Part shown: positions 1-13,619 of the stretch, piece after piece
Layout: the number at the start of each line of letters is the position of its first letter
Position numbering within the stretch: position 1 is the first letter of the stretch
From: Paramecium tetraurelia
Taxonomy: Eukaryota
Assembly: GCA_000165425.1 (NCBI GenBank)
Contig: CT868679.1
Coordinates: 62,001-126,000 of the forward strand
Direction of reading: 5' to 3'
DNA length: 64,000 bases
Notes under the pieces: model-generated
What the model was told of the DNA's origin: nothing
Seen by the model: only the letters and a program-made list of their open reading frames with translations
Databases searched by the model: none
Translations under genes and position numbers: made by a program

Positions 1-576
1 TTCTGAGGAATGTCACTTTCTTTAAATGATATATCCTTAATCCATAAATTAAATTATTTATCTTTAACAACAGAGAATAAAAATTAGCTATATTTTAATT
101 TTACTTGCCAATATTTTGATTTTATTCCATTACATGATTAAGTCATAAATAAGCAATTACAATAATAAAGGTATTTGAATTTATTAATACTTCTAAAGAT
201 ATATTAAATCTTCTATAGCCACTTTATTTTTTAAGCAGAAATTCATTATCATATTGCTGATATATATTATTAGACTTGCTTCCAAAATTGTATTTATATG
301 TAGTTAGCCAATTTCTAATAGAAATTATAAGGTTTAATAAAGTTCATAAGAGATTTACACTATGGTTTTGATATTTTAATCATTTCAATTTATTCCAAGA
401 ATATTATTGGTAGTCCCACTATCAACTACCTAACCAAGAGGATTCAAAAGACTCTTCATCGTAATAATTATTTTTTGAAAATTAGTAGAGATTGTTATTG
501 GAAGATACTCGTAGATATAGGTTTACTGATTACTTTAAATTCTCAAATAGAATAAGGAATTTAATCTTAGTTATGA
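1..576 (+). CDS. Probable 3' end of a hypothetical protein (partial)
   Basis: Table-6 frame open from about 270 (LDLLPKLYLYVVSQFLIEIIRF...QSQL) to TGA at 574-576; intron-like GT..AG near 171-198; upstream frame not resolved. Confidence 0.3.
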
Positions 577-829
577 ATAAAATCTTGAGTTAGATTTTCG
601 TTGATTATATAAGATATTCAATTGTAAGATTCAATAATTATTCTTTTTCTTATACTTTTTTATTATAAACTATGTTTTATCTTTATTTTTGATAAATTGG
701 TAAGTTAGTTTATATCATATTTGGATCATATTGGATAGAATTCTTGCTAAAATAACGAAACACAATATTAATTTATTTATCAATAAATTGAGTTTTATTA
801 TTATTTAAATTGTCTAATAAAATTGAATA

Positions 830-2463
830 ATGGTATGAAATTCATATTTATTAATTGTAGAATAGTAAACTTAGTAAAAGGTCCAAAAAGAGTCTTTTGA
901 CAGAAGAAACCTAAAGTAAAGTTAAAATATATAGCTTAGATAAATAAAGAAATGAGGAGTAAACTGAGTCAATCGTAAAAAATGTTCGTAATGGCGATGC
1001 TACAAATCCGGAAGTAATGGTAATAGGTGAAGGGGAATTATAAAGAATGAAAGTATGAAAATATAATATCTATGCTGTCAGAATAATGCAATAATCACAA
1101 CGAAAGAAGAGCAAATATATTAGAAGAAATTACTTGAGGAATAGAAAGAGAAGTAAATGGCTGCTGCAAAAGCAAAAAAATAACGAATGATATAAATGGA
1201 AGAAGAAAAAAAGAAATTAGTTCCGTTGACATCATAATAAGAAGAGGATAAAGTAGTGAAAGATTCACTTCTTGCAAGAGTACTTGTTGATGTAATATGT
1301 ATTTTAGGCAGCAGAAATAATGAATGAATAAATGGATGATGTTAAGGAAATGAATAAGATGGTAATGTATGCTAAATGTGTAACTGTTCGGGATAAATAA
1401 TTAAAAGAAAAAAAAGATTTGGTTGACTAATATAAGGTTCAGGAAAAGAGAAAGGATTTGATGATGGAAATAGAAAGATTGAAATCTATTAAATATCATG
1501 AAGAAAAAGATAAACAGCGAAAAGTTGAATTGAAACAAGGTCACGATATTATAATTGAATAAATTAAAGAAAGAGAATTAGTAAGACTAAAAGATAAAGA
1601 GGAGTAGGAAAGAGACGGATAAGTTATGCTTAAAAAGATTAAGTAACTACAATAAGAGGAATCTTAAAAGGCAATGCAAAAAAAAATATCTTAACAAAAG
1701 GTTCAAGAAGAAATCTTAGAGGCAAATGATAGAGCTATTTTAGTAAAAGAAAAAAGAAAATTAGAGGAAAGGGAAGAGGAAGAAATGATAGTCAAATATA
1801 ATTTATAAAAAGCATAAAAAGAGGCTGAACTACAAGAAGAGTAAAGGAGAATTAAAGAAGAGAAAGAACGTGAAGTTTAAAGATTAAGAGAAATGCAAGA
1901 AAAGGCATAAGACCGATAAGCTGAGTTGGATGCATTAAGAGCAAAAAGAGCTATGGAATAAAATGAAAGATAAGCAAGAGAAAAAGAAAGAAGAGAAGCA
2001 GAATTAAAAATGAGATTAAATCATGAAGTTCATGAAGCAAGAAAACTATAGTAATTTGAAAAATAAGAAAGATTAGAAGAATAAGTATAATTGAAAATTT
2101 ACTATTATAGGCAAGATTAGAAAGGGATGAATTCTAAAGGGTTATTCAAAAATAGAAGTAAGAAAGAGAAAATGAACTGAAGCTATTGCATGATAAAGAT
2201 GCACTAGTTAAAAAGCATGCAGATGAGTTAAGAAAATAAATATCCCTGAATGAAGAAAAGAGAAAATAAGAAGAAAGAGATAAGTAATTAGTTATTAATA
2301 AATTAGATTAGAAGAAGGTAAAAAGATTAGAGATAAAATGTTGAATGAAAAGAAACTTTTAGAAAATATCAAAGATACTAAATTGAAAACTTTAAATGAA
2401 AATGGAATTGCTGATAAATATAAAGCAGAATTAGCTAGAAAAAAAATTAATATCCTAATTTGA
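830..2463 (+). CDS. CFAP45: Cilia/flagella-associated protein 45 (CCDC19-like coiled coil)
   Basis: ATG 830 directly followed by intron 833-860; further short introns; motif EQMDDVKEMNKMVMYAKCVTVRDKQLKEK and QAELDALRAKRAMEQNERQAREKE typical of CFAP45; TGA 2461-2463. Confidence 0.85.
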
Positions 2464-2980
2464 TCAAATGATATTTGAAAATTTATTTTATATCAAATAA
2501 ATATCTATATTCAAAGAAAATAAATATGTAAATTTATTAAATTTGTAAGTTTATTAGCAAATAATTTGTCAAAAAATACAAACTCATGATAAGTATAATA
2601 ATGTATTATTACTAAAAAAATCAAAATAATTAAAATTTTTTATAATAAATCTTTTTAACTCTTTATCGATTAATACTTCTAAAATAGTATTTTTTATTTC
2701 TTTAAACTATGAGGGTTTAATGTAATGCATTAAACTTTAAATTATCAATTATTCTAAAAATTATAAAACAATTTAGCTTGTGCTTATCTAGATTATTTAT
2801 TTTGATTGTAATTTCATTACCCTGAAAAAGTTGCAATATATACAAGAACCATTTAAGGTTTTGAATCTCTGTTGCAATGCAATTAAGGTGAGGTTTTAGC
2901 ATAAAGTAAATTTCTCATGCATCAAAACAAATCAAATTTACTGATAAATTAAATAGAAATAAAATTAATAATATTGATAT

Positions 2981-4492
2981 TCATAAATTGAAGTTCTAGA
3001 GAATACCGGATTATCCATTTTAATAGATTTAACTATCTCTCTTATTTTTATTGAAAAATGTGATCTAAAATATAAGAATACTGTAACAACTTTTAAGGTT
3101 TTATCTTTACTAGCTGTGTATAACATTTCTTCTTCATCATTCCAATATATCTTTGTGATAGGGCCATTGTGAAGTTAGATTTCATAAATTGGTATTTTTT
3201 TTTGAATATCCCACACAGTAACAAACCCTTCCTGATTTCCAATATATGCTTCTCCTCTTAAAAGAGACCAAGCTATGCATCTGCTTTTAATTTTATTTTT
3301 GAACTATATAGCCTCTTGCATTTAAACTTCCTTTAATATAATTTTATCAATACTTTATTGAAAATGTTTAGTATGATGGCTTAGCCTGTTTGAAATCCAA
3401 TAGCTATGATGGTGTCATGGGATTTTTGAATGATAAGATCCCTGATAAACTATAAATTTGTATCGAGACTGATTTTTAATGTAGCCTAATGATAAGCATA
3501 GATTATTCCTCCTCTATCTCCTATAAATGCATAATCTCTGGATTCATCGAATTTCAAACAAGTTAATTCATGCTTATGATAAAGATCTTTAAGATAAGAT
3601 GTCAATATTACCTATATAAGTTTCACCCTTTTTGATGTTCATCACACGATATCTCTAATCCTTACTTACTGAATAGATGTTCTCTCCATAAATATGCAAC
3701 CCCATGATCCTAGCAGTATGCTATTAGTAATCCTGAGATTCTAGTAAATGCTTCTTTGATTTGAATTAGAGATGATTAATAATTCCATTATCTAAACTAA
3801 AGATATAAAAGTTTAGTTTACCCTACTAAAATATTGTCTTTGATAACACTCATGCAAATTGGTTATGAATTATATTTCTTTCTCCATATCATTTATGGTC
3901 CGATTAAACAATCCAAGTATCCTAATGGTTTGAGATTAGAGATATCGATATCCTCTTGCCAAGGAAATTTCATATTATGAAAATTTGTGGTTGCTCTATT
4001 TAATGGGTTCATTTCGCAAAGTAATACGAATATTGCGTCTTCATAGAAATAAAAATCTCTAAGACCCAAATCAAACGTTCTTACACTATCTAATTATAGT
4101 TTTGAAGTATTGAAAGAGGGAGATTGGATGAATTCCTTAAAAAGTATCGAGTTTAAAATTTGTTCATTTTATATAATTTACTTAAGGTATTCTTCCAATC
4201 CCTTTTTCCTTTCAATAATTTCCTACTCTGTTTTTTTAACAATAAAAGTTGTGTAGGTCTATTTAGGTAACAATGGAATGGTGTTTCCAAAATATTCACT
4301 TAATCTTTAATTCAATTGCTTAAATTAATTAAATCTAATAGTTAACAATATGATGATACCTTTTCTCAATTCTCCAAACTTTGTCACCATCATTGATTTC
4401 AATTTCATACAGAGTTACTTTTTCATTATCCATGCTCGGATAGTGTTTTTTAATAAGGATCTTTTCTCATTAATTTTATATAATACTTCCAT
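2981..4492 (-). CDS. PX domain + WD40 repeat protein (copy 1)
   Basis: TLYEIEINDGDKVWRIEKRFNQFKQLNQRL...PLLPKQT...IERKKGLEEYL (PX); WD repeats e.g. LHNGPITKIYWNDEEEMLYTASKDKTLK; short introns. Confidence 0.8.
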
Positions 4493-4548
4493 AAATCTAA
4501 AATTTAGTTTATAAAATAAAAATTATATCGTATTTATTCAAATAAATT

Positions 4549-5953
4549 TCAATCATTTTAATCCCACTATTCGATGTCATCTAAACTTTTCTTTTATTTT
4601 TCAATAATGATTTCGCCATCCCACCTTTTAGGAAGGCAAATGATTTTAATAGTTTTATCCTTGCTGGAAGTCATTAGGATTGAAGATTCCTCATTCCAAA
4701 TCATTTTAGTTATTTCATCTTAATGTACTTGATACTCCTTTATAGGTGAGCAATCCTTTGCACTCCAAATAGTAATTGTTCCATCACTATTCCCAATAAA
4801 CACTTCTCCTCTGCTACTTGACCAACACACACACCTACTTTTATCTTTGTTTTTGAATTGAGTAATTTTTTTTGTATTTTTTTCCTAAATTTATTTATAA
4901 TGTTCATACCTAACCAAGTCCTCCAATGTCATATACTATAGTAGAACCAGTGTAAAAACATATTCCTATTAAATAATTCTTGATTGGATCAACAGTTAAA
5001 TCTCTTAGAAATTGATCATTGAAATCCAAGGTAATTAATTTAGAAGAATTTTAAAATATCATAATTTATCCATTTCTATCTCCTATGAATGCACAATTTC
5101 TTATCTCATTGAATTTGAGACAGGTTAATTCATAATTGTGATGATAATCAACTTCCAATTACCCAGTTTAAAAATTCACTACTCTATAGTTTTAGTCTTT
5201 GCTGACAGAATGAATCAACTAATTAAATAGATGCACTCCCATCACTCTGCTTTAATGTTATTCAATCTCATAGCTTGTATTTATTTTCCCTGGCAATATA
5301 GTTAAATAATTGATCATTCCATTATCTAAACCAACCAAAAGTGATTGATTATGAAAATATAAACAAATTGCTTAAGAATTATATTTTTTTGTCCAACTCT
5401 TAACTGAATGTTCCCAGCATTCTATTGAGCCAACTGGAACTGTTGCTTCATCGTCAATAATGTTCTAAATATATGCATCAAATCTGCTTAAAGCATTAGT
5501 TTCTGCGTTTAATATGATCAGTAGATCTTCACTATAATAAAAATCTCTTATTCCAAATTTAAAATTTTGCAAAATTGTGACTTAGATTTTGCTTTAAGTT
5601 AAACTTAAAAAACTCTAAAATTAACCACTATTTATAATTCTTTCATTTTGAGAAATCACGTGTAAGAATTTTTCTAACTCCAATCTTCTTTGATCTAATT
5701 CTTGGTCTGATTTACCAACTAAAAATGTTATGTATTTCTTTTTAGGTAAATCAGGTAGTATATCACCAAAATACTATGTTAAACTGTCCTTCAACCTTTT
5801 AAAGTCCGAATATCTAAATCAATAATTTAAATACCTCTTTTAAACTACCCATTCTTTGTTCTAATTTTGAACCTTTATTTGATAATGAGTTGTCCTTCCA
5901 TCTTCTTCACTTATTTAAAAAGAAGGAATAGATATTTTATAATTTAATTACAT
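4549..5953 (-). CDS. PX domain + WD40 repeat protein (copy 2, tandem paralog)
   Basis: THYQIKVQNQNKEWVVQKRYSDFKRLK...LPDLPKKK...DQRRLELEKFL (PX); WD repeats e.g. VHQDEITKMIWNEESSILMTSSKDKTIKII; TGA at 4549-4551. Confidence 0.82.
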
Positions 5954-6072
5954 TAATTTAATAATGAGCACATCGATACTAACGTAGGTATAAGAATAAA
6001 AGCGTTAAAAAATAAAGAAGAAATAAAAGTATATGATTCTTAATATGTAAATCAATAATAAAATTCATTTCA

Positions 6073-6505
6073 TCAGGTTTTTATTTAGATTGTGGAAATT
6101 TATAGTCTCTCTATTTTTTTTTCATTTGTTACTTGACCTCTTTTATAAGTTCTCCTTATGTAAGTTTCAGATTGTTAATTATGACAAACCATCCAATCTC
6201 CTGTTCTACAATTTTTATCATCGTAATATCCGCTAAATTTCACTTAGATTAAGTTACATGTATTAGAGATCCTCAATGTGATTATAGATTATCCATTCTC
6301 CAACTTTGTGTTTTCCCTAAAATTCCCCTTCTTCTCTTATTATCAATTTAAAAATATTTTACATTTTATCAGGATATTTAATAGTCCATTTACCAACTTT
6401 CTTTCCGTATTCATACATTCCCTATGCTACTCCATTTTGAGTTTCCTCTACGGTAAATCCATGCTTCATTTCTTCATCATTTCTTATTCCTAATAATTAG
6501 TTCAT
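6073..6505 (-). CDS. Small protein with MORN-like G-x-Y/F-x-x-G-x-K-x-G-x-W repeats
   Basis: GMYEYGKKVGKW, GEFQGKHKVGEW, GYYDDKNCRTGDW; two short introns. Confidence 0.7.
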
Positions 6506-6808
6506 TTTAAATAAAAATATTATCAAAAATCACTTTGTTCTATTACTTTATAGCTCTACGAATATTCAATTACAAAAACATCATATATTACTAATATTTT
6601 ATTTTCATATTTCAAGTTTTCAATTTTATTTGATTACATTCAAAGTATGCTCAGAAATAAGCAACATTTGAGTTCTAGCTCAATCAAAACGCAAAATTTA
6701 TAAATACATAAGTTAATCAAATCCTATATTTTAGAGAAATTCAGAAAAAAAAATATTGTTTTTAATTCACACATTTATTCATCAAAAATAAGAGTTTTGA
6801 TAAATAAT

Positions 6809-7903
6809 ATGATAATTTCTAATGTAATCCTTGTGGATTTTACTATATTCTTTCCTGTCGGAGTTTAAATTGTTAATTATTAATAATACATTAAAGTAGG
6901 ATAAAAATATGATATATTAATATGAGGACATGACTAAAGGAAATATTCTTTTCTTAAATGAATGCTATAACTAAATGGAAGAGTAAACTTCTATTAAAAA
7001 ATAATCAGTTATTTTGACAGTTGTTCTTTTTTGATATATTTTTCTTAAGCCAAAAATAATTATATATTCTAGCAAAATTTGGAAACGAGGATATCTTCTT
7101 GTTCCTTTGGATGATTCTTACTAGCTTGAGCATGTATTACTTAACTTTAATAAAATAAATCCCAAATGAAAGCATCAAATTATAACCAAATGGAGTAGAT
7201 CAAATTCATTAATGTTGATGAGACTTACAATAATGGTACTGTAATTGTAAGGTTCTTGATCAATAAGTAAGAGGTTTTACCTTATATGGAGTTCTAATTG
7301 AGTGATGATAATTCTGAACAATATTCGACGGCCCTATATGATCATATTTATAATCGCGGTTTAAAAGAATGTTGCTTCTTATACATGGTAAGATATCGAA
7401 TGTCTATTAAAATATATTAGGATGAGCCTTTAAGTTGCATCTAGAAAAACAGATTCAATTTAATCAGTTCGTTGAGTTCCGATGTTATCCTTAAATTATT
7501 AAATTTAAGTTATATACCCATAATAAGAACCAATATTTCCAAGTACGAATGTGACAAAGTATAAATTTATTACTCAACTTAGTCTATTCAAGAAGGAAGT
7601 CATTCAGTTATTTAAAAGTTGAATCTCCAATGGCAGGAATGCAAAAAGAATTCTATGATAACTAAAGAATTACTTTCCATCATAAAGGAATTCTAGTCCC
7701 TTTATCGCATAGAAATACTCTTGAGATCCACTTTAAAGCAAATAAAGAGGGAAACCTAATAAGATTACGATATTCTTTACATACCGACAGATGAGTTAGT
7801 ACGCTTAAAATCTAATCTAGAAATATCAATAACAAAGTGCTTTCCTTAATTAGAAGAATTGAATAAAAGTAAATTAGCTTAAATGACATTTATATATAAA
7901 TGA
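6809..7903 (+). CDS. Hypothetical protein (5' exon structure uncertain)
   Basis: Long table-6 frame from about 7165 to TGA 7901-7903 with one intron; upstream part has intron-like segments but the start is not resolved. Confidence 0.5.
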
Positions 7904-7961
7904 TAACATAGTTAAAAATGCATGTTTAAAATTAGTATAATATATAATATTTATTAATTAA

Positions 7962-9014
7962 ATGGCTTAATAGACTCTTAAATAATACAAAGCTAACTAA
8001 GATTAATAATCTATTACAAATTAATAACATAGAACATGCTCAATTAATTAGTCTTCAATTGTAGAAAATGATTCATTATCCTCAAAAAAGAAAGTATATT
8101 ATAAACGATCACATTTAGAAAGTCTATGAGAGAATTATGAGTTCTTAAACTAATCGAGATAAATAATCAGAAGTCTCCTAATATTATGATCATCTAGGAG
8201 GTAGAAATTCAATTTTATCAAACTTAGGCAAATGTCTATGTTCATTATGTAACTGCGGAAAACATAAATGTAATAGCAAAAATTGCATCAACAAGCCTTA
8301 ATTGCATGGAAATTACACAATATATCAAAAAGAATTCGTAAAAAAGACTCCAGAAAATGGATCAAGATACAACCAAACTATATTTTCATAACCAAAACCT
8401 TAAGGTGATTTAGGAAATGTGACTACATACAAAGTAAGTAAGTGGATATTATGATGTTAGCATGACTTCCCAGGATATAATAACAAAGTGGAATTCTAGA
8501 AAAACACTTCTAAACCTACTGTTAGTGGTGTTCCTTTTTCTGGAATTTCAACTTATAATAATATGTATTTAAATTGGGGAATGGGTGATACACCTCAATT
8601 ATTGCCATAAAACAATCCTACTGTTATTAAAGAAATGCCATTTATGGGAAGGAGCATTTATAAAGACAGTTATTAGGGAGCTCAAACATTACCAGCACAA
8701 ACCTGTAAAAACATGAACAAAGCTTTAAAGTAAAAATAATTACAATCATTTTAGATCACCTTTATCGCCTCCTGATTTGAAATTTAATGCAGAATCTATT
8801 GCGAAATCATCATACAAGCCATTTAAACCAGAAAAAACTTAAAGTTCCAAAGGCAAATAAGATGTAAATATTATTAATAAGATAGCCAAATTTAAATCCC
8901 TCCTATAATGGCTAGTACAATAGTGAATATCACAAAGAGTTTGATTCAAAACATTTGAATCAATGTCCTGCTAAAGAAGTATTAGAAGAGGTTGCTCGTA
9001 ACACTTAATTTTGA
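7962..9014 (+). CDS. SAXO/FAM154-like stabiliser of axonemal microtubules
   Basis: KCLCSLCNCGKHKC motif characteristic of SAXO N-termini; repeated TIYQKEF / TTYKHDF / STYNNMY / SIYKDSY Mn-type units; several short introns. Confidence 0.75.
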
Positions 9015-9081
9015 AGTCGATTTAGAGAGTTGATTATAGATAACCATAATATTATTATATTTTTCAATTATTAAATTCAAG

Positions 9082-10799
9082 ATGAATAAATAAAAGCTTA
9101 ATTACCATTTGAGGACAGTTAACGACTTAAATTTAAACACTATTTCAGATTAAACTCAATCATTTATATTGAAGGATTCTCAAATTATGAAATTGACAAC
9201 ATAAATTGATTAATAGAATCAAAGAATCAATAGATTAATAAAAACAATTGATGACTCTAGATAAGAATAAAATAAAAAATTTAATCACCATTTTTAAGAA
9301 CTATTCAAGTCTAATACCAAATAATACAATCAAGAAATTCTAAAGGAATTATCTGGTTTAAAATAGCAATTTCTTAAAATTGAGGAAACGTAGCCATAAA
9401 AAGCTACTAAATAGAAATCTCATTATTAATCACATTTACCTCCATTATAGTCCTCCTACTTTGAATAATAAAATTCAGAAAAAAAAGATCAAAATCTTTA
9501 TAAATAAACATAAGAGATAAAAAATAGAGGAATGAAGAGTTCATCAATAGATGAAAAAGAAATCTAAGATTTTAATTAATAAATTTAGCCAAAAAAACAA
9601 TCTCATAGTGTTCATAAAAAGTCTAAACCAAATCAGTCTAAAACCAATTATACTAAAACTGAAGTATCCCCTCCTTCATCATCAAAAAGAAAGATATAAA
9701 TTATGTCAAGGTAAAAACAAAGAACATAAAAACTTTATAATAGTGATAATTTTCAGCAATTTTAAGATCCTCTTATGATTACCACTAAATAACCTTTTGA
9801 ATATGATAAATTAACAACAAAATCTTAAAAAAAAAAATAGTTTAATTTAAAAAAAGCAAGGTACTTGTTAAGAAGATTTAAAGCTGTATCAATATGTGTT
9901 TGGCTATCTTTAACATTGTTTAAATACTGCAAAAAGATTTGGCATGAAAATTATATGATTTTTAAAGATTGGTCATAAGAATTGATTGGTCGTTTCGATT
10001 CTTAGTTTGTAAGTTTCTATTATGTAATTTAGAGAATTATTAATTTGTTGTAGATAAGTTTTATAAAGAATGTATGATAAAAAAATTAATAGACAAGTCG
10101 TGGGTATTCAAATAACAATCTGATATTCAGATTAAATGCCATAATATTATCACAGTGTTAGAAATCTTCTTTAAAAATTTAATTGTTCAATCATTAGATC
10201 TATCTGTAGACCATATTAATTTTATTTAAAAATTTTCTTTGAAAAAAGGATATTTGTTATCTGGTCATAGTAGATTTGTAATAAATAGGATTAATGTAAG
10301 ACCAAATTATACTCTCAAGTAATTAATGAATATTGTATTAAAAGTATCACTAATCACAAATAGACATAAATGATAATTTTAGAATATTCATATATTTAGA
10401 TTCTCCTTCCATTAATTGTAGAAGGAGAATTTTGGAAGAGGATGCCAAACTATAAGGAATCTCTGAAAATATTTGTATCCATTTTGCATAATCTGTTTAT
10501 TGAGTCATTTCAAAATCTGCCTTCAGCATAATAGGATATAATTCCTGATGATGTATATTTTTTAGTTAGTTAAAAAAAAGAATTGGGTTCCATTGTTCGA
10601 TTTTAGTAGAAACCCAATAGATGGATTTTATTAATTGATAAATTGTAAGCATCCTAAATATTCTTATAACAAAGATGGGGTTGTTTTGGGATTATATAAC
10701 AAAGTTGAATTGCACCCAATAATTCTTCATAATGGTTATAAAAATATTAGAGACAACTTTAAATAATATTGTGATTATATTTTATCTTTAATATTATGA
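9082..10799 (+). CDS. Hypothetical protein (low-complexity N-terminus, helical C-terminal domain)
   Basis: Long table-6 frame from ATG 9082, short introns, TGA 10797-10799. Confidence 0.6.
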
Positions 10800-11020
10800 T
10801 AATTTTGTAAAGGATAGATTAAAATAATGATTGGATAAATTTATTTTAAATTAAAAATTAATATTTAGAGAATAATTTCAATTTTTATTTTGATAGAACA
10901 TTTATTCAATTGACGAGACAATTTATTAAAGGTTGCTGTGACAAATGTCACTCTTATAAAGAAACGTTGTATTTAATTTATGATTTTTTAATATGCAAAA
11001 TTAATTATAAAATTTTTGGT

Positions 11021-11287
11021 TCATTGTATTTCTCTTAATCTCTTAAGCATTGATGAATGCAATGAACTATCAAGGTATTTATTGATATGATTTTTTAATC
11101 GTATTTTTTTAGCATATCCACAACTTTCTGATGATTCAATAGAAACTGATGTTGACATCTCTGCGGGTTCCCATACTTGCTTTACAAATTCTAATTCTGT
11201 TTTGTCTCCATCGCATAATAATTCTTATATAATTTGTTCATCGAAATGTTTAGATGCTAGTTTCAAGCATACAGCTTCAGAATTCAT
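11021..11287 (-). CDS. Small hypothetical protein (88 aa)
   Basis: MNSEAVCLKLASKHFDEQIIQELLCDGDKTELEFVKQVWEPAEMSTSVS...KRLREIQ*, intronless. Confidence 0.6.
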
Positions 11288-11533
11288 AAAATTATTTATG
11301 AATTAATATATAATTATTAGTTTTTGATAACCCTTCAGAAGGTATGCCAAAATTATTATTGAATAACTCTTATGACAATATTCGAAGTTTATGGATCTCT
11401 CATTTTCTCTTAAAATCAGTAAATAATAGTATTAAATAAAATATACCCAGGAATATAAAACATACTAAATATTTAAAGGAAAAGGATAATAATTCTAAGT
11501 CTGATGAGAATATTATCTTAACATTAGAATTTA

Positions 11534-11577
11534 GATATATATATATAAATATATTTAATTATATATATATATATATC
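11534..11577. repeat. (AT)n microsatellite / imperfect palindrome
   Basis: gatatatatatataaatatatttaattatatatatatatatatc. Confidence 0.7.
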
Positions 11578-12174
11578 GATTAGATAAGATAAGCATTAGA
11601 GTTTAATTGATGTTCATTCCTCTTCCCAACTATTTAAGTTCAATCAAATTACAATATTCTAATCCTAATTACTTAATCAAGTTGATTACTTTCTTAAAAT
11701 CTGTATAAATTAGAGTAATCCCAATTCTTTGAACATAACTACTAATTTATAACTAGTAGAGTATCAATTTATGGTAACGATGATGAAACTTATGCTTACT
11801 TATGAGAGGGCAAAGAAAAAAAGTATATATTATCAATCATGAATTGAAAGGAAATTTCTTCTTTTTTTGCAGTAAAGAATCCTTCTTTATAGGGTTAAGG
11901 GAATATAATGGTATAGATGAATAGAATAAATACAAAGTAGATATAATTGTTTGAGAAAGAAGATTATCAAATCTTTGGAAAATAATAAAAAAGTATTTGT
12001 GATGATAATATAAAAAAATATATAGAAAAATTAGAATTACCAAAATAAATCTATATGGAATTAATTAATTAAATAAATAAAATAATGCTCTGACGTAAAA
12101 GTTTAATTATTAATGACATCAAAGAAATTGAGTTCATAAGTAATGATTGAATACTTTTGATAATTAAATTACAA

Positions 12175-13154
12175 ATGTCCAAAACATTATTAGCATTAGG
12201 CACAATCGCCCTTCTTGGAACAATCATGATGGTGAACCAACCAGAATAACTTGACTTCGCCTCAAAATATCAAACATTCAAATAGAAATACGGAAAGGCA
12301 TACTCATAAGCTGAAGATGCCTACAGAATGGCTGTCTACACATAAAACGTCTTATATGCTGAATCAGTCAACTTGTAATAAGGAAAGAGAGTCTTCGGTG
12401 AAACCATCTTCTTCGATTTAACAAAGGAAGAATTCGCTGAAACTTATTTGACCCTTAAGATCACATAAGATGACTTGAATGTCGAAAGAGTCCCAGCCAA
12501 GAATATCTCAGCTGCTGACAAAATCGATTGGACATAAAAAGGAGCAGTCACCAAAGTTAAAGACCAAGGATAATGTGGTTCATGCTGGACATTCGGTACC
12601 ACCGGAGTTTTGGAAGGTTTCTTCTTCACAACCACTGGTGAATTACCTAACTTATCTGAATAATAATTGTTGGATTGCTCAACCTTCTAAGATTTCAACC
12701 TTGGATGCAATGGTGGTCTTCCAGCAAGAGCATTACAATATGTCAAGAGAAGTGGTATCACAACTCAAGATGCTTACGAATATGTATTATTTTAATATTA
12801 ATATTTTAGAAAGGAGTTTAAGGGTCATGCAAAATCAAGGGAGGTGCTTATCACATTAAGGGATCCGTCGCCTTAGAACCAACAGAAGAAGCTTTGATCT
12901 CATATCTTAATGAAGGACCAGTCTCAGTTGGAGTTGATGCCAGCAACTGGTAATACTATAACCCATCCGACGAAAAAGTCTTCAGCACATGCGAAAAAAG
13001 CTTAAACCACGCAGTCTTGGCTGTTGGTTATGACAAAGACTCATTCAAGGTCAAGAACTCTTGGGGAACAGCTTGGGGAGACAAGGGTTTCATCCACTTA
13101 AAGAGAGGTTAAAACACTTGCGGAATTTACGATACTAACGTTGTTCCTGTTTGA
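12175..13154 (+). CDS. Cathepsin L-like papain-family (C1A) cysteine protease, preproenzyme
   Basis: Signal peptide; I29-type propeptide; VKDQGQCGSCWTF (catalytic Cys), [24 protein letters not shown] (His), VKNSWG (Asn); one intron 12784-12809. Confidence 0.95.
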
Positions 13155-13197
13155 AGAAATTCATAATTTATATTTCACAAAGATAATTTATCCACAT

Positions 13198-13503
13198 TCA
13201 ATTTATTTTCGCATGCTATTTTTATAAAAACAGTGGATTTCTGTGAACAATCAAAGAATTAATGTATTCATTAGGAGAGTACTCATAATTTTATTATTGA
13301 TCTGTTTCACTCAATTCTTTCAAAAATATGTCAGTTAAACAATCACGAGTCTTCGTGTTTTCGATTTTTTAAGTGAATTTTTTATTTATATTGACAAACT
13401 CTATCAAATTGCTAGGATTCTTACTCACCTAAACTCTTCTATGATGTTTCAATGTCTCAAAGTCTGGAAGTTGATTTGACTTTTTATATTGTTTCATATT
13501 CAT
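13198..13503 (-). CDS. Small hypothetical protein (about 101 aa)
   Basis: Uninterrupted table-6 frame MNMKQYKKSNQLPDFETLKHHRRV...HAKIN* filling the gap between neighbours. Confidence 0.5.
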
Positions 13504-13619
13504 TTTTTTAATTTTAATATATTTTATAGTTTATAAATAATTTTCCATTTAATTTTTGCCTGGTGATATTTTACATATTTAAGAGTGTGATCAATTATTT
13601 GTCTACCTAAATAATAAAA

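Noticed and set aside
2520..2918. Possible small minus-strand gene between CFAP45 and the PX-WD40 gene
   Set aside because: An ATG and a 22-nt intron-like segment exist, but no convincing stop or motif could be established
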